From contig CBDAOC010000001.1 in NCBI GenBank assembly GCA_965197925.1, positions 24,724-88,723 on the forward strand: DNA of 64,000 nt. The letters are read 5' to 3'. Position numbers and translations under genes: made by a program. Under the pieces are notes generated by a model, which saw nothing but the letters and a program-made list of their open reading frames with translations, made no database searches and was not told the origin of the DNA. How positions within the stretch are numbered: the first letter of the stretch is position 1; each line of letters begins with the position of its first letter. This document shows positions 20,827 through 33,620 of the stretch, piece after piece. Source of the DNA: Nitrososphaerales archaeon (GTDB taxonomy: Archaea; Thermoproteota; Nitrososphaeria; Nitrososphaerales; UBA213).

Positions 20827-22979
20827 TCACGTCACATTAACAGTCATGCTCTTGATGGGAGCGAGAGGAATAGGATCAACAATGTTATTCCATACAAATA
20901 TTTCTATTTCGAATTCGCCTCTTGTATCAGGAGTCCAGAGTAATGATGCATCTATGCTTTCAGAGGCGGAAAGTTCTTCAAGCCATGTGAGGGATATAGT
21001 AGCACCATCATAGTCCTTAACCTGTACTATATAAGAAAAACTAATTGTTTCATCTATATTGATTAAAATTTGCGATCTTACATCAATAGAATTTCCAACT
21101 TCTAGTCCCGGACTTACTTCTCGTTGCATTTATAAGATGAGGCTCCAGGATGCTGACCGTTTTTATCCCAGTGGGTTCCAGCTTGTTAGATAAAGTATAG
21201 ATGTATTCAGTAATTCTTCTGAAGTTAACACAGCTCTTAGAGCAAAATCTAACGCATCATCCATTGGGTCCATTATACTTTTAGTTCCCATGAAGGTGTT
21301 ATGATTGAAGTAGGTCATGTTTTCAAAATATTCTTTAGATTTTTCTATATCAATCTGTATGCTCGTCAACTTTATTGAAACAGATTGAGGAAGGTTATAT
21401 TCATCTCCACTCCTTACAAATTGGAGTTTTGAATCATCGATATTCTTTTGTGCTTGGTTGAGAAGATTTAGTACCATATCACGATCCAGCGCATCATAGT
21501 TGAATTGCCCAAATTCGTTTATTACCAACCCACATCTCAGAGAAGGGCCACAACCTAGGCTTGAAGGTGAAGAATAAGTCATTGGGGTATATGACCAATC
21601 AAAAACCAATCAATAAATTCTTCCTCAATGGGACTGACCATCATGCGGGTGTCTCAATCCTAAAACAGACCCATCTCATGGATCGTTACTCCAGACAAAC
21701 CAGCACCTGTATTGAACAGCGTATGTTTGTCTTGGGCCACAATTGCACAGCATGGTATTGTATTATCATCTGGATCAGGTACCGCTTTACCGAGAGTAGG
21801 TTCGTCGTCTACATATGCGCTCTTGTCAAAGACGAATAGCACAACAGGAATGAAAATCGTCTTTTTAGATTCTTCTTCCATCATTTCAAGTTGCTCTATA
21901 GGTAGATTGCTAACGATCCACTTGTTTAGTTCTGTAATAAGATCAGAACTCTTCACTAGAATGATCCCTTCACTCCCTTCTACATCTTTGAACGTAAGTG
22001 ACCGGAGTATTGATCTCTGTAGTTCGCGGGGCAATGAATCGAACATATACCCTTCAATTTCACTTGTCCAATCTACATATGGGATGAGTTTTGCAAAGGC
22101 ACTTTCAATAACACTGCTGTTGATGAATTCGTTCGAAATGTCTTGGAACACACGACCTGCAGTCATATCGATCAAGAAAATATCGATCTCGTGGTTTGAC
22201 TGATAAACAGGATTATAGAGATAACTTGGTGTGAATAGCAAAAGAAGAGCATTATTGACATATTTCGTTATGAATTCATGATATTCATCTTTTGTTTCTA
22301 TATCATAAATATTCTGATGGAAGTACCAATACGGATAGATCCATGGACCCGCAGAAAGGTCTATGAAGTAAAATCTATAGTTACCACCGAATCCCATCAT
22401 GCCTTCCTGTATGAATTCGATTCCAGTATCAGGATCTGTACCGATGGTTCCATAGGTATGGAAATAATTTACTTTGTCTGTTGAGGGTTTGAGGAAGTAT
22501 ATGGTATAACCATCTTCTCTGTGCAGTTCAGCCAACCATTCTTCTATTGCAAATGCATCGATTATCTTGTACATCCGTCTTTCCGGTTTGCCGAATTCTG
22601 GGTGTATATCCCTCATCCATTCCGCGACGAATTCCGGCATTGGGCTTTGTCTCGCAACATTATCCATGAATCCAAATAATTCATCAGATTGTTCAGGGGT
22701 CATATTGCTAAAAACGTAGCTATAATTGTATTTTACGCCTGCAATCCGATCTTCATAAAAAACGTTAGGCATATGAGTCTTTATCAGTTTTTTCCGAACT
22801 TCATTTTGGTCTTCTTCGGACCATGTATCACCTATCATCACTAGGTTAACTTGCATCGTGGTATTTACGATAATGTCTATGTTTGTGAGTTCTTGTTGCA
22901 TAGTTCCATGAGAGGGATGATAAATTGTAAAGGGAAATAAAACAATAATTGCTAGAAAAATGGACAGGATAATCCTCAT
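20827..22979 (-). pseudogene. Frameshifted secreted zinc metalloprotease (metzincin-like)
   Basis: Has a signal peptide. Restoring one A near 21668 gives IHEMGHVLGLRHPHDG. Further fragments lie at 21163-21609 and 20827-21129. Confidence 0.8.
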
Positions 22980-22984
22980 TTAAT

Positions 22985-23855
22985 CAACTCATCTCAAAAC
23001 TAACCATTTAGACAATTTTTAGCGACCATTTAGATCCATGAATAGCGACATCTAAAATTATTTTATGAAATTCCAAGAATTATCAGACAAACAGTGGAGT
23101 ATGATGGAATCACACATACCACCACATGCAAAAACTGGCAGGCCTAGGGATGATGATAGAAAAATCATTAACGGAATAATCCATGTTCTAACTACTGGAT
23201 GCCGATGGGACGATATGCCAAAAAGATATGGTGATGATTCTACTGCAAACAGAAGGTTAAACAAATGGCAACAAAAAGGAATCTGGAAAAAGATTCTATC
23301 GCGTACTATTCACTCAGCACATAAATCTGGCAAAATTAGTCTACAAAAATCAGTTGACTCTTCATCCATTCCTGATAAAAAAGGGGCAATGTAACTGGAT
23401 ATAATGGATTCAAGAGAATAACAGGTACAAAAATACATGCCGCAGTAGAGGGTAACGGATTTCCAATATCCATACTGTTGAGTCCAGCAAATGAACATGA
23501 CAGTACAAAATGCATGGATGTTACAGGATCAATTTCAGACTATCTTGATGATGATTCAATACAACAGATAGAATCAGTTTATGCAGACAAAATGATGCAA
23601 AATACATCAGAATGTATTTGTGGGATAGAAATATTGCATGTTGCATCCCATACAAAATAAATTCCAAGTTCATCTTGCAAAATAATGATTGCAAACATTG
23701 CAACAAGACAAGATTTGTAGTTGAGAGATTCCTTGCATGGCTCAAGAATGGATTTCACAGAACAAGAACCAGGTATGAAAGAACGGCAGAAAACTACCTG
23801 GCATTTGTTAATCTTGCATCATTTTTGATGTATTGTAGGGTTTTGAGATGAGTTG
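22985..23855 (+). mobile_element. IS type B copy 1 (IS5 family, two ORFs; damaged)
   Basis: Perfect IRs CAACTCATCTCAAAAC and GTTTTGAGATGAGTTG; A6G4 slip site; AAT on both flanks. Confidence 0.92.
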
Positions 23856-24444
23856 AATAGGTCTGAAATCCACAGTATCATGCTTAGGGGCAAGTAGATC
23901 TTAAATGAACATGCTATTTTCCCTCTTAATTCAACACCTGTAGATAGCTTGATGCACTTCTTCATTATCCCTGATCTATCCGTACAGTATGATGACACAT
24001 TACCGGATCTGAATCCAGATACATCTATTCCTACCAACAATTTCCTAGTCTTGGTGAAAAGCATGAATGAATATAACTCTGTACAGCAAGATACCATTGA
24101 TTCTTGAAGCAAACTCCTGAAGCGTTGTATAATGTGGTACCATTGTCTAACTGCATAAACATTCTGGGATAGTATGCTTCATGCAACCATTCCACAAACC
24201 TTCTATAGCTCTCCCCTCATACTGCCTAAATGCTAGCAGGATGATATGCTGCCAGACCGTATAAATATGGTTGCTCTTCCTGTGTATGGAGCGGTACTCT
24301 AGCCCTTATCAAGACATCAAGTATTGTTTTTGCAAGTTTGACGTAACGTGATTCTTTCATGCATAAGCATGCATGGCACGTAACACATTGATCTAATGGT
24401 GCAGTTCGATATACAATGGGCTAAAATCTATGGTTTCTACAAGC
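23856..24444 (-). mobile_element. Truncated, frameshifted archaeal IS5-like transposase remnant
   Basis: Fragments KSNHIYTVWQHIILL and GIDVSGFR; related end sequences recur near 30.3 kb and 36.7 kb. Confidence 0.75.
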
Positions 24445-24469
24445 TATGAGATATTTTCTTCTTTAAACC

Positions 24470-24622
24470 GTTTCAATCCTATGTTAGTCAGTTTCTAAAC
24501 TCGAGGATGAAAAACGGAAGGACCTGGACGTCGATGGTTTCAATCCTATGTTAGTCAGTTTCTAAACACCATGTTGTTTAGTGCGTCATGCTTCCATTTG
24601 TCTGGTTTTAATCCTATGTTAG
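24470..24622 (-). CRISPR. Orphan CRISPR remnant: two full 31-bp repeats, one partial repeat, two spacers
   Basis: GTTTCAATCCTATGTTAGTCAGTTTCTAAAC at 24470-24500 and 24537-24567, partial at 24605-24622. Unique spacers of 36 and 37 bp. The minus strand of the repeat ends in ATTGAAAC. Confidence 0.85.
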
Positions 24623-25663
24623 AGCCTATCCTAAAATTCTAGCTGATAGTTAATGATTGGTAGAAATGATAACATTTAGAATGCAAGAATATTAGTTCAT
24701 AATATCAGGTTTAGTTTTCTTACTATTGATTTTATTAGTATTGTAGATAATAGATACTAGAAACAGTTGCATTAACGTGTTTATGACACTACCAATATAT
24801 CGCTCTGTACACTATTAGGCAGTTAGCAAATTCTACTAGCGCCTGATAATTTTCCTCTCTCTTCTCGAACCTTACCAATAACTTTCTGAACCTGTTATGC
24901 CAAGATGCGGTTCTTTCTACAACCCATCTCTTTGCTTTGTACAAATTCTTTTTCAACACTTCACCCTTATGACGAATGTGATCCACATATCCCCTTCCTA
25001 ACTCCATACTCTATCTCAGGGAAATCATATCCTATTCATGCATATGTTCTGTTTAACTTTGGGCCTATCAACAACAATGCTATCTATTGTAGGAAAGGCT
25101 GATTTCATATCGTGCTTGTTTGCTCCAGTAATTACAGATGAGAGAGGTACTCCTCTTCTATCAACCAGCATGTGACGTTTGGTACCTAGCTTGCCTCTAT
25201 CCGTTGGGTTTGCTCCGGTCATTTTCCCCCTAATGGGGCCTTCGGTACGCTATCCATGGATTGCCAGTCCCATCCCATGCTCTTTAATTCATCATATATT
25301 TCCAGCAGCCTCTTCCATACCTTCTTGAATACTCCTATCCCAATCCATTCCTGAAATCTTGCATGGCAAGTTGAGCCAGAACCAAATTCTTTAGATACCT
25401 TCTTCCACTGGCATCCAGTTCTTAATACGTACAGTATTCCATTCAACACTTTTCTAAATGGTACAGCTGGCCTTCCAACTGTTCTTGCTGGTTTCTCTGG
25501 TGGCAACACTAGTTTGAACTCTTCCCATAGATTGTCTGGTATATGCCATATGGTCGGCATGCTCTTTTTCTTTGATTTTCTCACAAATTTAGCTAGAGAG
25601 GACAGATCTAGATCTGTTTCGGTATAAACAATTAGGCTATGATGTTAATTTTCGGATAGGCTC
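24622..25663 (-). mobile_element. IS5-family element with TTA target duplication; transposase fragmented
   Basis: IRs GAGCCTATCC.AAAATT; TTA on both flanks; ORFs with GRP, LRTGCQW, NPTDRGKLGTKR and RWVVERT. Confidence 0.88.
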
Positions 25664-25710
25664 TTAAGCACTAATTGAATTTAATAGTCTATGATATTAT
25701 GAACAGGTAA

Positions 25711-27177
25711 TTAACCGATATTATTGAGAACAAGCTGCTCTCTAGCTTCACGTTCGTTCTTTCTCAAGATCAGTCCTATAATTACTCCCATTAACACTAA
25801 CACTGCGAGAAGTATCAAAGCTAATTGAAATACGAAAGTGTTTATAGTAATATGAATTTCCTTTTCATTAGTTGGATCTATTATCGCTGAAAGTTCGGGG
25901 TCAACACACCTGAAGCATTTATTCAATGTAATTCCATAAGGACCGGGCTGAATTGCATTAAATCTGGTTTCACCCCAATCGTTAGTCCTCAAGCGCATAA
26001 CAACATATTCTTCCTTCGAGACATCCACAGATATTCCAGCTTGAGGTCTATTAAGAAAGTCCGTGACAATTATTTTTACCTCCGTTGGTTCATAATAAGA
26101 TATATCTTCTATTGGAGAAACTCTTATTGTATGGGCATCAATATTGTTTACTAATCTTACCATAAATTCATTTTCTGAAGAAACAAATAAAATGTTAGAA
26201 TCAAACGTAGTATTTTTCACGTGCTCAGTATAATAACCGTTTATGCTCATTAATCGAACTGGTCCTAGACCACTCGAAATACTTTCATCAACATAAGTAA
26301 TAGATATGCCCTCGAATTTTGGTTGTAATATTAAACTATGTCTCTGATCGATCACTCTTTCCTCTATCAAGTAATAACGGCTACTATCTACCGGTACCTT
26401 TACAACACATATACCATCTTTACATTCTTCAAGAGGTGTTAGAGTTATCGTTCTATCATTCCAAGGGTTAACCTCATGGATATTTGTAGTGTCAAACCAG
26501 CCCAGTTTTATTCTACTGAAGGCAGAAAAACCACCATGTGTTTTTGCGCCCATCAAATCCAGATCGTAATAGAAGATATCTGACATATATTGATTCCTTA
26601 TGTCACCGATAGCCCTTGATCTATCATAAAGATCTGGTAACTTCCCAAAGAGGTGAGCAAGTTCATGAACTGTCACTGCCGGAAGTAAATTGGAATCCAC
26701 TCTGGCGAAACCGAGTATCGTTTCTTGATCACGTATTATTAGTTGTCTATATATGGCACTACCTGTAGGATTCGAACGCCCTGCATGGAAGACTAGAATC
26801 CACGAATTATCAAAATCAATATTATTATCAATCATATCTATAAGCTCCTGAAGAAAAGTATAGTTGTCAAAACTTGGGCGGTTATAGTACGACAATGGTT
26901 TTACCATTGTGTACTTCGCTGATACCACAGTAGATTTGACTGATAATTTGTTGAAAGACGCTTCTCTGAAGATGGAATCTACTTGAGCCATATGGGATTC
27001 AATTTCTTTATTACTATGATTTAGTTTTGCGTCAGGAAATTCTACAAGTAAAACAATCACGTTTTGTTCTCTTTCTGTCTGTAGTGCATCTGCAGGTAGA
27101 ATGAACTTTATGAACATCAACAAACACAACATTATGATCAACACTTTGATGTATTTCATATACGCACAGTAGATCAA
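25711..27177 (-). CDS. M6 (immune inhibitor A-like) metalloprotease, membrane anchored
   Basis: Signal peptide; VLLVEFPD, HELAHLFGKLPDLYD, LMG, KLGW and YYLIEER; C-terminal TM. Confidence 0.85.
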   Translation of the reverse strand: MIYCAYMKYIKVLIIMLCLLMFIKFILPADALQTEREQNVIVLLVEFPDAKLNHSNKEIESHMAQVDSIFREASFNKLSVKSTVVSAKYTMVKPLSYYNRPSFDNYTFLQELIDMIDNNIDFDNSWILVFHAGRSNPTGSAIYRQLIIRDQETILGFARVDSNLLPAVTVHELAHLFGKLPDLYDRSRAIGDIRNQYMSDIFYYDLDLMGAKTHGGFSAFSRIKLGWFDTTNIHEVNPWNDRTITLTPLEECKDGICVVKVPVDSSRYYLIEERVIDQRHSLILQPKFEGISITYVDESISSGLGPVRLMSINGYYTEHVKNTTFDSNILFVSSENEFMVRLVNNIDAHTIRVSPIEDISYYEPTEVKIIVTDFLNRPQAGISVDVSKEEYVVMRLRTNDWGETRFNAIQPGPYGITLNKCFRCVDPELSAIIDPTNEKEIHITINTFVFQLALILLAVLVLMGVIIGLILRKNEREAREQLVLNNIG

Positions 27178-27599
27178 TAAATCAATTATCTAAATACCTA
27201 ACCCCCTGAGAGATATTAATAGGTCCATTACCCTGCAGTTACTCTAACCAATTTGTTTGACAGCCATTATGTAATGGTCTAAACATAATTGGCAGATATT
27301 ACCAACCACAAATTTGCATGAAAATTCTGAATATATACTTTCTAATCTGAATCAATTTTACCCATCCTGAATATTGGAATTTTAAGCGGGATCTCGGTGA
27401 TTTTTACTTCAACCTAAGATTACTTTCACATTTAACGAATAAAGGGAGAGATGATCTCTAACTACGATAATGAGATTATTAATTGACACACCAAAATAAT
27501 TTCTCTGTTAACCTTTCGACAGTTCCGAGCATAATAAGCAAATTCCTTTATCTGATGTTCATGGCGAGGCAAGAATAGAAGGAGATTGAATATTGGGAA

Positions 27600-28020
27600 A
27601 AGGGTAGCATTCTGCAGGAACAAAATTGCCTAGACAAACTGGAGTAACAATCTAAGGCATATTGTATATTCTTGGAGGAATAGGCTTTATGATAGGATCC
27701 GCAGTATTTGCGGTCCTTGTGAACTACCTGGCGTAGGAGGTACCTGACGTGGGATATGTTGATTTTGCATCTGCCATACTGGTTTTCCTGTCGTATTATT
27801 CGTTATATTGGGAATTATTTGGTTCGTGATTGCTGGAGGACTGTTAAAAGGAAAAACAAGGGGAAGAAAACTCGTTATCGGGCAGGTCATACTTGATTTG
27901 ATGATCGAGGCAGTTACAATTATTGTAGAGAATTTATTTACACTTTCCTGTATCATTTTTGATCTAGTACTTTACTATATGTGGCAACTGCATGTCGTTG
28001 AGTATTTCAATTCATGGTAA
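27600..28020 (+). pseudogene. Degraded small membrane-protein gene
   Basis: Hydrophobic fragment 27808-28020 with broken upstream frame. Confidence 0.4.
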
Positions 28021-28524
28021 TGATATATCCCGCGCATTTCAGTTTCCTGTATTGGAATTAACGGCGAGAAGATTTGAAATTATTTCCCATTAGCCTTTAA
28101 GTCTTTTTCCAGTACCGACTATCTGTGATTCCCATATATCCAGTAGGCATATCAATTCATTTATTGACCAAGTATGTTTTAGTCACTCCATTAAATGTCT
28201 AATAGCCATGTTGAATTATATTAGATGACCATAGATAATTATTTCCTTTTGTGATTAGTGCAGCCGGTATGACTTGTTTGTCGAGGCTAACCTATCTTCT
28301 AGTACATTGCTAGACGGTAATGGATATTCGGGTGTTTTAATTGCAAGGTGAATATAATCTGTCTGGGAAGCGCTGTGGTTTATGTAAGGATAATGATTCG
28401 AACTAGTGTTTCTGTACCATTTTCATTCTCCCATTTCCCAGCCATAAACTAAAGTTTCATTCAAGCTAAATTGTAGGAGTCTCAATATCAAGATAATATC
28501 TTTCAGAATATACTGTTAGTTGCT

Positions 28525-29487
28525 TTATCCAACAAATAATAGAATTACTAAAAACGTAAAGTATCCACCCAAAAGGGCGAAACCCTCATATCTGCTTATT
28601 ACAAATCCAGTCCTCATCAAAGGAAGTAATACGAGGCTAAACAATATCATCACTATATAATCAGAAAATATTGAGGATGCAACTTTTGTTGCTACTATTG
28701 CAGATGATATCCCAACTATAACAAGTATATTATAGATATTACTTCCAATTATGTTACCTATACTGATATCCGCATTTCCCCTTTTGACTGCCACTATAGC
28801 GGTAAACAATTCAGGTAAGTTCGTGCCGATAGCTATAATCGTAAGTCCTATTATTCTTTCAGAAACACCTAAAGTTTCTGCCAGTATTACCGCATTGTCC
28901 ACAGTGACAATAGCTCCTACAGTGAGAAGAGTTATCCCTATTGCTATAAAGAAGATAGCCTTCACGCTGCTACCTTTGGTATTTTTACTTGATTCCTGCT
29001 GTTTAGGTTTATGACTGATTTCTTTTCTTGATTGCGCATAACTGAAAATGGTAAATGCTATTGATCCACCAACCAAGATAATGCCTTCGATTTGAGATAT
29101 CTCTCCGTCCATCGAAAGAGGGAATAATAAAAATGCTACCCCAATCATAATAGGTACTTGTTTCTTGACTATACTCCTTTGCACAATTAGAGGAAATATC
29201 ACTGCAGAGAAGCCGATGATAAGCCCAATGTTAACTATATTGCTACCAATTACATTACCTAATAATATCCCTGACTTGCCTTCTAATGCTGATACAATAC
29301 CTATGACCAGCTCGGGGGTGGATGTTCCAAAAGCAACTATTGTCAACCCAATAACAAGTTGACTCACTCTCAATTTTCTTGCTATATTAACTGAACCATT
29401 AACCATCAAATTAGACCCATAATAAAGCATGGCAAGACCTAGCATAATCAAAAGTGTATTGATTACAAGGTTCAACACGGCTATCAA
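28525..29487 (-). CDS. Calcium/sodium antiporter (YrbG/CaCA family)
   Basis: Alpha repeats GTSTPEL..GNVIGSNI and GTNLPEL..GNIIGSNI. Confidence 0.93.
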   Translation of the reverse strand: MIAVLNLVINTLLIMLGLAMLYYGSNLMVNGSVNIARKLRVSQLVIGLTIVAFGTSTPELVIGIVSALEGKSGILLGNVIGSNIVNIGLIIGFSAVIFPLIVQRSIVKKQVPIMIGVAFLLFPLSMDGEISQIEGIILVGGSIAFTIFSYAQSRKEISHKPKQQESSKNTKGSSVKAIFFIAIGITLLTVGAIVTVDNAVILAETLGVSERIIGLTIIAIGTNLPELFTAIVAVKRGNADISIGNIIGSNIYNILVIVGISSAIVATKVASSIFSDYIVMILFSLVLLPLMRTGFVISRYEGFALLGGYFTFLVILLFVG

Positions 29488-30231
29488 TAACAGATGAAGT
29501 TATTTTGATATTACTATCAAGCAAGAAAGAACTGACATTTGACAGGAGATATTATAACATCATGGACACGTCTTAAGGAATATCAGGATATACAAGAACA
29601 GTCATAATCCTTGGCTAGTACTATCTTATTCTGATTAGCTCACTTCACGATTCCTTCTATATTCAAAGAAAAAGATATACATCCGATAAAGTATTTGTAT
29701 AGCCTGCATACAAATGGCGAAAAGATAATGATAAATTTTACCATAAACAAGGCTAAGAATATTTTCCGTGCAAGTGGAGTGGTGTAGAGAAAGTTCATGG
29801 GTGATAGGATAACCGTAAATGTATACAATAACGGAAAGAAGAGAAAAAGCTATACACCAGATCATATAGCTGCTATGTCGAATAATTAGCAACAAGATCA
29901 TGAATATTTGGTAGATTGAGATTTTGATCAGTTATTATCATTAAGATTCATGCCTGATAGTAATTCGAATTGGGTACAATGAAGCACAGGTTAGAAGGGG
30001 AGAGTTACTTGATATGGATTTGATAGATTCATGGCCCGGCGAATTAGCAAGAATGAATGAAGAAATTATTCAATATAGTATTTTGCTATCTATCCTTGCA
30101 GCAAACTTCTGAAGAGTTGAATAATATGGGACTCTAATTGTAGATACATTCTAAGATAGAATGCCTCATGGAGCTATTCTACGAACCTTCTGTAGCTCTT
30201 CCCTTCACTGTCTTAGCACTAGAAAGATAAA

Positions 30232-30431
30232 GTGCTACCATACAGTTAGATGTGATTGCTCTTCCTATGCATGTATAAAGGCACTCTAGCCTGCCTCAAA
30301 ACATTGAGCACCGTTTTGGCAGGTTTGACATATCTTGATTCCTTCATATGTAGGTATAAGTCATCTAGCACATTGATCTAATGATGCAATTCCATATACA
30401 ATGGATTAATATCTATGGTTTCTACAAAGGC
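30232..30431 (-). mobile_element. IS end remnant related to 23856-24444
   Basis: Shares CACATTGATCTAATG..ATATACAATGG..TCTATGGTTTCTACAA. Confidence 0.6.
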
Positions 30432-30600
30432 TTACTAATTTGTGTTATAATTATAAAAGTCTATTTTTATCAAAATAGACAATCGACTCTTGACACAAAA
30501 TTTAACCTTTATAGTTTTTGTTCGCTACCTTCTAAAGAAAAGAGTCTATGAGCTATTAATGATCGGTAAACTTTAATTTTCATCAATCGAGTTACTTCGC

Positions 30601-31461
30601 ATGCAGGAAATTAGAGTTTCTGTTACACAATTCAAGTTGAGACCATATAAGACTTTTGAAAGATTCTCAGAATCAGTACTTAATGTAACCAAAAAAACAA
30701 AAAAGGCAGATTTTCTTGTATTTGGAGAATGGTTCATGCTTGGCTTGTTAGCCATAAATACAAATTTAGCAAATGCAAACTATTCTAATATAAGAAATAT
30801 TTCAAAATACACAGATGATTATATTGAGTTGTTCAGCAAATTGGCAAAAGAAAGAGACCAATTCATAGTGGGGGGAACTACTGTTGAACTTGATAATGAC
30901 AAATATTATGACACATGCTTTATGTTTGATCCAGGTGGTAATATCCATAAGCATAGAAAGACCCACGTCTTTCCATTAGAGAGAGAAAAATGGGGTATAT
31001 CAAAGTATGACAATCTGAAGGTAATAAAGACTGAAAAGGCGAAGGTAGGTATTTGTATTTGCTATGAATCGCAAATACCGGAATGTGCAAGGATGCTTAC
31101 AATCAAGGGTGCTGAAATAATTTTTTGTCCATCATTGACCCTTACCATAGCTGGGTACCATAGGATAAGACATTCATGTGAAGCCAGGTCCATAGAGAAT
31201 CAGTTAATCACGGTGATGAGCAGTGTAATAGGAAATCTCTCTCCAATGAATGTGAGTGGGAAAGGAAAATCTTCTATTTTAGCACCCTGTGACAAGCCCT
31301 GGCCTAGCGACGGAATAATTGCAGAAGGCATGATGAATAAAGAGATGGTTATTGCAGCTAAATTCAATTTAGATGATATCTACGTCACAAGAGAAAAAGG
31401 GGCGGCCAGACCCCATAAGGATAGAATGAAGAGGTCATCTTTATACAGAAAATGGTATTAG
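30601..31461 (+). CDS. Carbon-nitrogen hydrolase (nitrilase superfamily)
   Basis: Catalytic E-K-C in VFGE, HRKTH and ICYE; also ARSIEN. Confidence 0.9.
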   Translation: MQEIRVSVTQFKLRPYKTFERFSESVLNVTKKTKKADFLVFGEWFMLGLLAINTNLANANYSNIRNISKYTDDYIELFSKLAKERDQFIVGGTTVELDNDKYYDTCFMFDPGGNIHKHRKTHVFPLEREKWGISKYDNLKVIKTEKAKVGICICYESQIPECARMLTIKGAEIIFCPSLTLTIAGYHRIRHSCEARSIENQLITVMSSVIGNLSPMNVSGKGKSSILAPCDKPWPSDGIIAEGMMNKEMVIAAKFNLDDIYVTREKGAARPHKDRMKRSSLYRKWY

Positions 31462-31644
31462 TTCATAACAACTCTAGGACTTGTATTTCATAACCTTAAA
31501 AAATCTAATATGCTGTTAAAAGGTCAAGCCCTCTTATATTGTTCTACATAACAATCAATTTCAATAGGTATGAATCAGGTGATTACGATATTTTTATTAC
31601 GTTAAATATCAAGATTTTAATATCTGATTTTAGGTAGCGAATAT

Positions 31645-32199
31645 ATGGTAAAAACACCATCCAGTCATACATTACAACCGGGACAAAAGGCCCCTGATTT
31701 TAGTCTGAAAGGAATTGATAGCAAATTATATTCATTAAAGGACTTTAGCTCTAAAGCATTACTCGTAGTTTTCATATGCAATCATTGTCCTTACGTAATT
31801 GCCAGGATCGAGGATATAATTGCTTTACAGAAAAAATTCAAAGATAGTTTGAGGGTTGTGGGAATAAACAGTAACGATCCAAATTACGAAGGAGAGGGTT
31901 TTCAAAACATGGTAAGATTTGCTGAAGAAAGAAACGTGAACTTTCCCTACCTGATTGACGAAACTCAAGACTTGGCAAGAAAATACGGAGCAACATGCAC
32001 ACCAGACCCATTTCTCTTTGACACTGACAAAAAATTGGTATTCCATGGGAGAATAAATGATGCTATGGAACCAGAGCAGAAACCTCTAACACTAATAATG
32101 GAAAATAATATAGAAAAATTACTCAATGGCGATACGATCGAGAAACCCTTTGACCCCTCAATAGGCTGCTCTATAAAATGGAAGACTCCTGTAGATTAG
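31645..32199 (+). CDS. Thioredoxin-fold AhpC/TSA family protein
   Basis: Motifs FICNHCPYV, YGATCTPD and SIGCSIKW. Confidence 0.9.
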   Translation: MVKTPSSHTLQPGQKAPDFSLKGIDSKLYSLKDFSSKALLVVFICNHCPYVIARIEDIIALQKKFKDSLRVVGINSNDPNYEGEGFQNMVRFAEERNVNFPYLIDETQDLARKYGATCTPDPFLFDTDKKLVFHGRINDAMEPEQKPLTLIMENNIEKLLNGDTIEKPFDPSIGCSIKWKTPVD

Positions 32200-32252
32200 C
32201 TCATCTTTATCAACTTTCGAGTTCATAATATCTAGTATCACTGAAATTTTTT

Positions 32253-32603
32253 ATGATATCATGGGACCATTGTGGTAATATGTGCATAAATGATTTTACA
32301 GTTGCATGTGCAATAGATGGATCACCTCCTTACTTTGCATATGAAGGAGAAACGATGTTGATTATTGATTCTGAAGCACATGAAAAAAGTGGAGTGAGTG
32401 GATTTCTTGAAATAGAAATACATATGGAAGCACTGATTTCTCATGAATCAATACATGTTGTGATCAAGAAACTTGAGAACCAGGAAGTATCTGACTCATT
32501 GGATGATTTAGAAATAATAGTGCGTCGGAAGGGATTGGATTTTCAAGTTACACTCAACAACATTGCTTTTGCCGCTGATAAGTCGGGTATAGTTTTACCA
32601 TAA
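32253..32603 (+). CDS. Hypothetical protein
   Basis: 116-aa ORF with an HESIH motif. Confidence 0.65.
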   Translation: MISWDHCGNMCINDFTVACAIDGSPPYFAYEGETMLIIDSEAHEKSGVSGFLEIEIHMEALISHESIHVVIKKLENQEVSDSLDDLEIIVRRKGLDFQVTLNNIAFAADKSGIVLP

Positions 32604-32774
32604 GTAATTTTTGTCTTCTTCATTCACGAGTTTTTCCATATCAAGATGGTTGTTAGGGCTTTGGGTATATCACCAATAGTTAACCACAAGAATTTGAATC
32701 GATGACCAAAGCTAAATTTCAAATTGTAGTTCCCCATAATTTTGATTTCATTGTGTTTGCTTAACGTAAGTAAT

Positions 32775-33440
32775 TTAGATTACAACTTTAGGATTTGCCT
32801 TCTTGACCTTCTCCCAATCATCAAGAAACGCTTTAAGCCCCTTATCTGTTAATGGATGTCTGATCATTTTTCCCAATACATCTGGGGGCATAGTAACAAT
32901 ATCAGCACCTATCTTCCCTGCTTCTATGACATGCAAAGGATGCCTAACACTTGCAACCAACACTTGTGTTTTAATATTATAGTTTCTAAATATCTGCACT
33001 ATCTCCCTTATCACATCCATTCCAATATGGCCAGCATCATCAAGCCTACCAATGAATGGACTCACAAACGAGGCTCCGGCTTTAGCTGCCAAAAGACCCT
33101 GATTGGCAGAAAATATCAATGTGCAATTGGTATTAATGCCTTCTTGTCTGAGAGTATTAATTGCCTTTAATCCTTCAGCTATCATGGGTATTTTTACAAC
33201 TACATTTTGACCGAACTTCTTCAACATATGGGCTTCTTCCAACATCCCTTCAGTGTTGGTGCTTACTACTTCTAAGCTTACTGGACCCTTCACTATCTTC
33301 ACAATCTCAGCCATTATGTTTGCAGGATCACCTTCCTCCTTAGACAGGAGAGTTGGGTTTGTAGTTATGCCGTCCAGTACACCCAAATCGTTGTACTTTC
33401 TAATTGAGTCTAGATTGGCCGTATCCAGAAAAATCTTCAT
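32775..33440 (-). CDS. fsa: Transaldolase / fructose-6-phosphate aldolase (FSA/TalC family)
   Basis: Motifs MKIFLDTAN, GITTNPT, VVKIP, SPFIGRLDD and ASVR. Confidence 0.93.
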   Translation of the reverse strand: MKIFLDTANLDSIRKYNDLGVLDGITTNPTLLSKEEGDPANIMAEIVKIVKGPVSLEVVSTNTEGMLEEAHMLKKFGQNVVVKIPMIAEGLKAINTLRQEGINTNCTLIFSANQGLLAAKAGASFVSPFIGRLDDAGHIGMDVIREIVQIFRNYNIKTQVLVASVRHPLHVIEAGKIGADIVTMPPDVLGKMIRHPLTDKGLKAFLDDWEKVKKANPKVVI

Positions 33441-33620
33441 ATTCTTTAAATTCCCACCTGTGATACAACTCGTAGACACCAACCACCATAATTCTCTGCA
33501 ATTCTAGAGCACATACTTCCATAAGGTTGGATTAATTCATTTAAAAACATAACTTCTAAATGAAGTCGTTATGGTATACTTATCTTAAAGGGGGAAACTA
33601 TCTACTTTTAATAATTAACT

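Noticed and set aside
21640..21690. Second BHB intron explaining the metalloprotease frameshift
   Set aside because: It is explained by a single missing base; there is no extra sequence to splice out.
7000..24622. Functional CRISPR-Cas system formed by cas1 and the array
   Set aside because: They are 16 kb apart, there are no cas2 or effector genes, and the Cas1 looks casposase-like.
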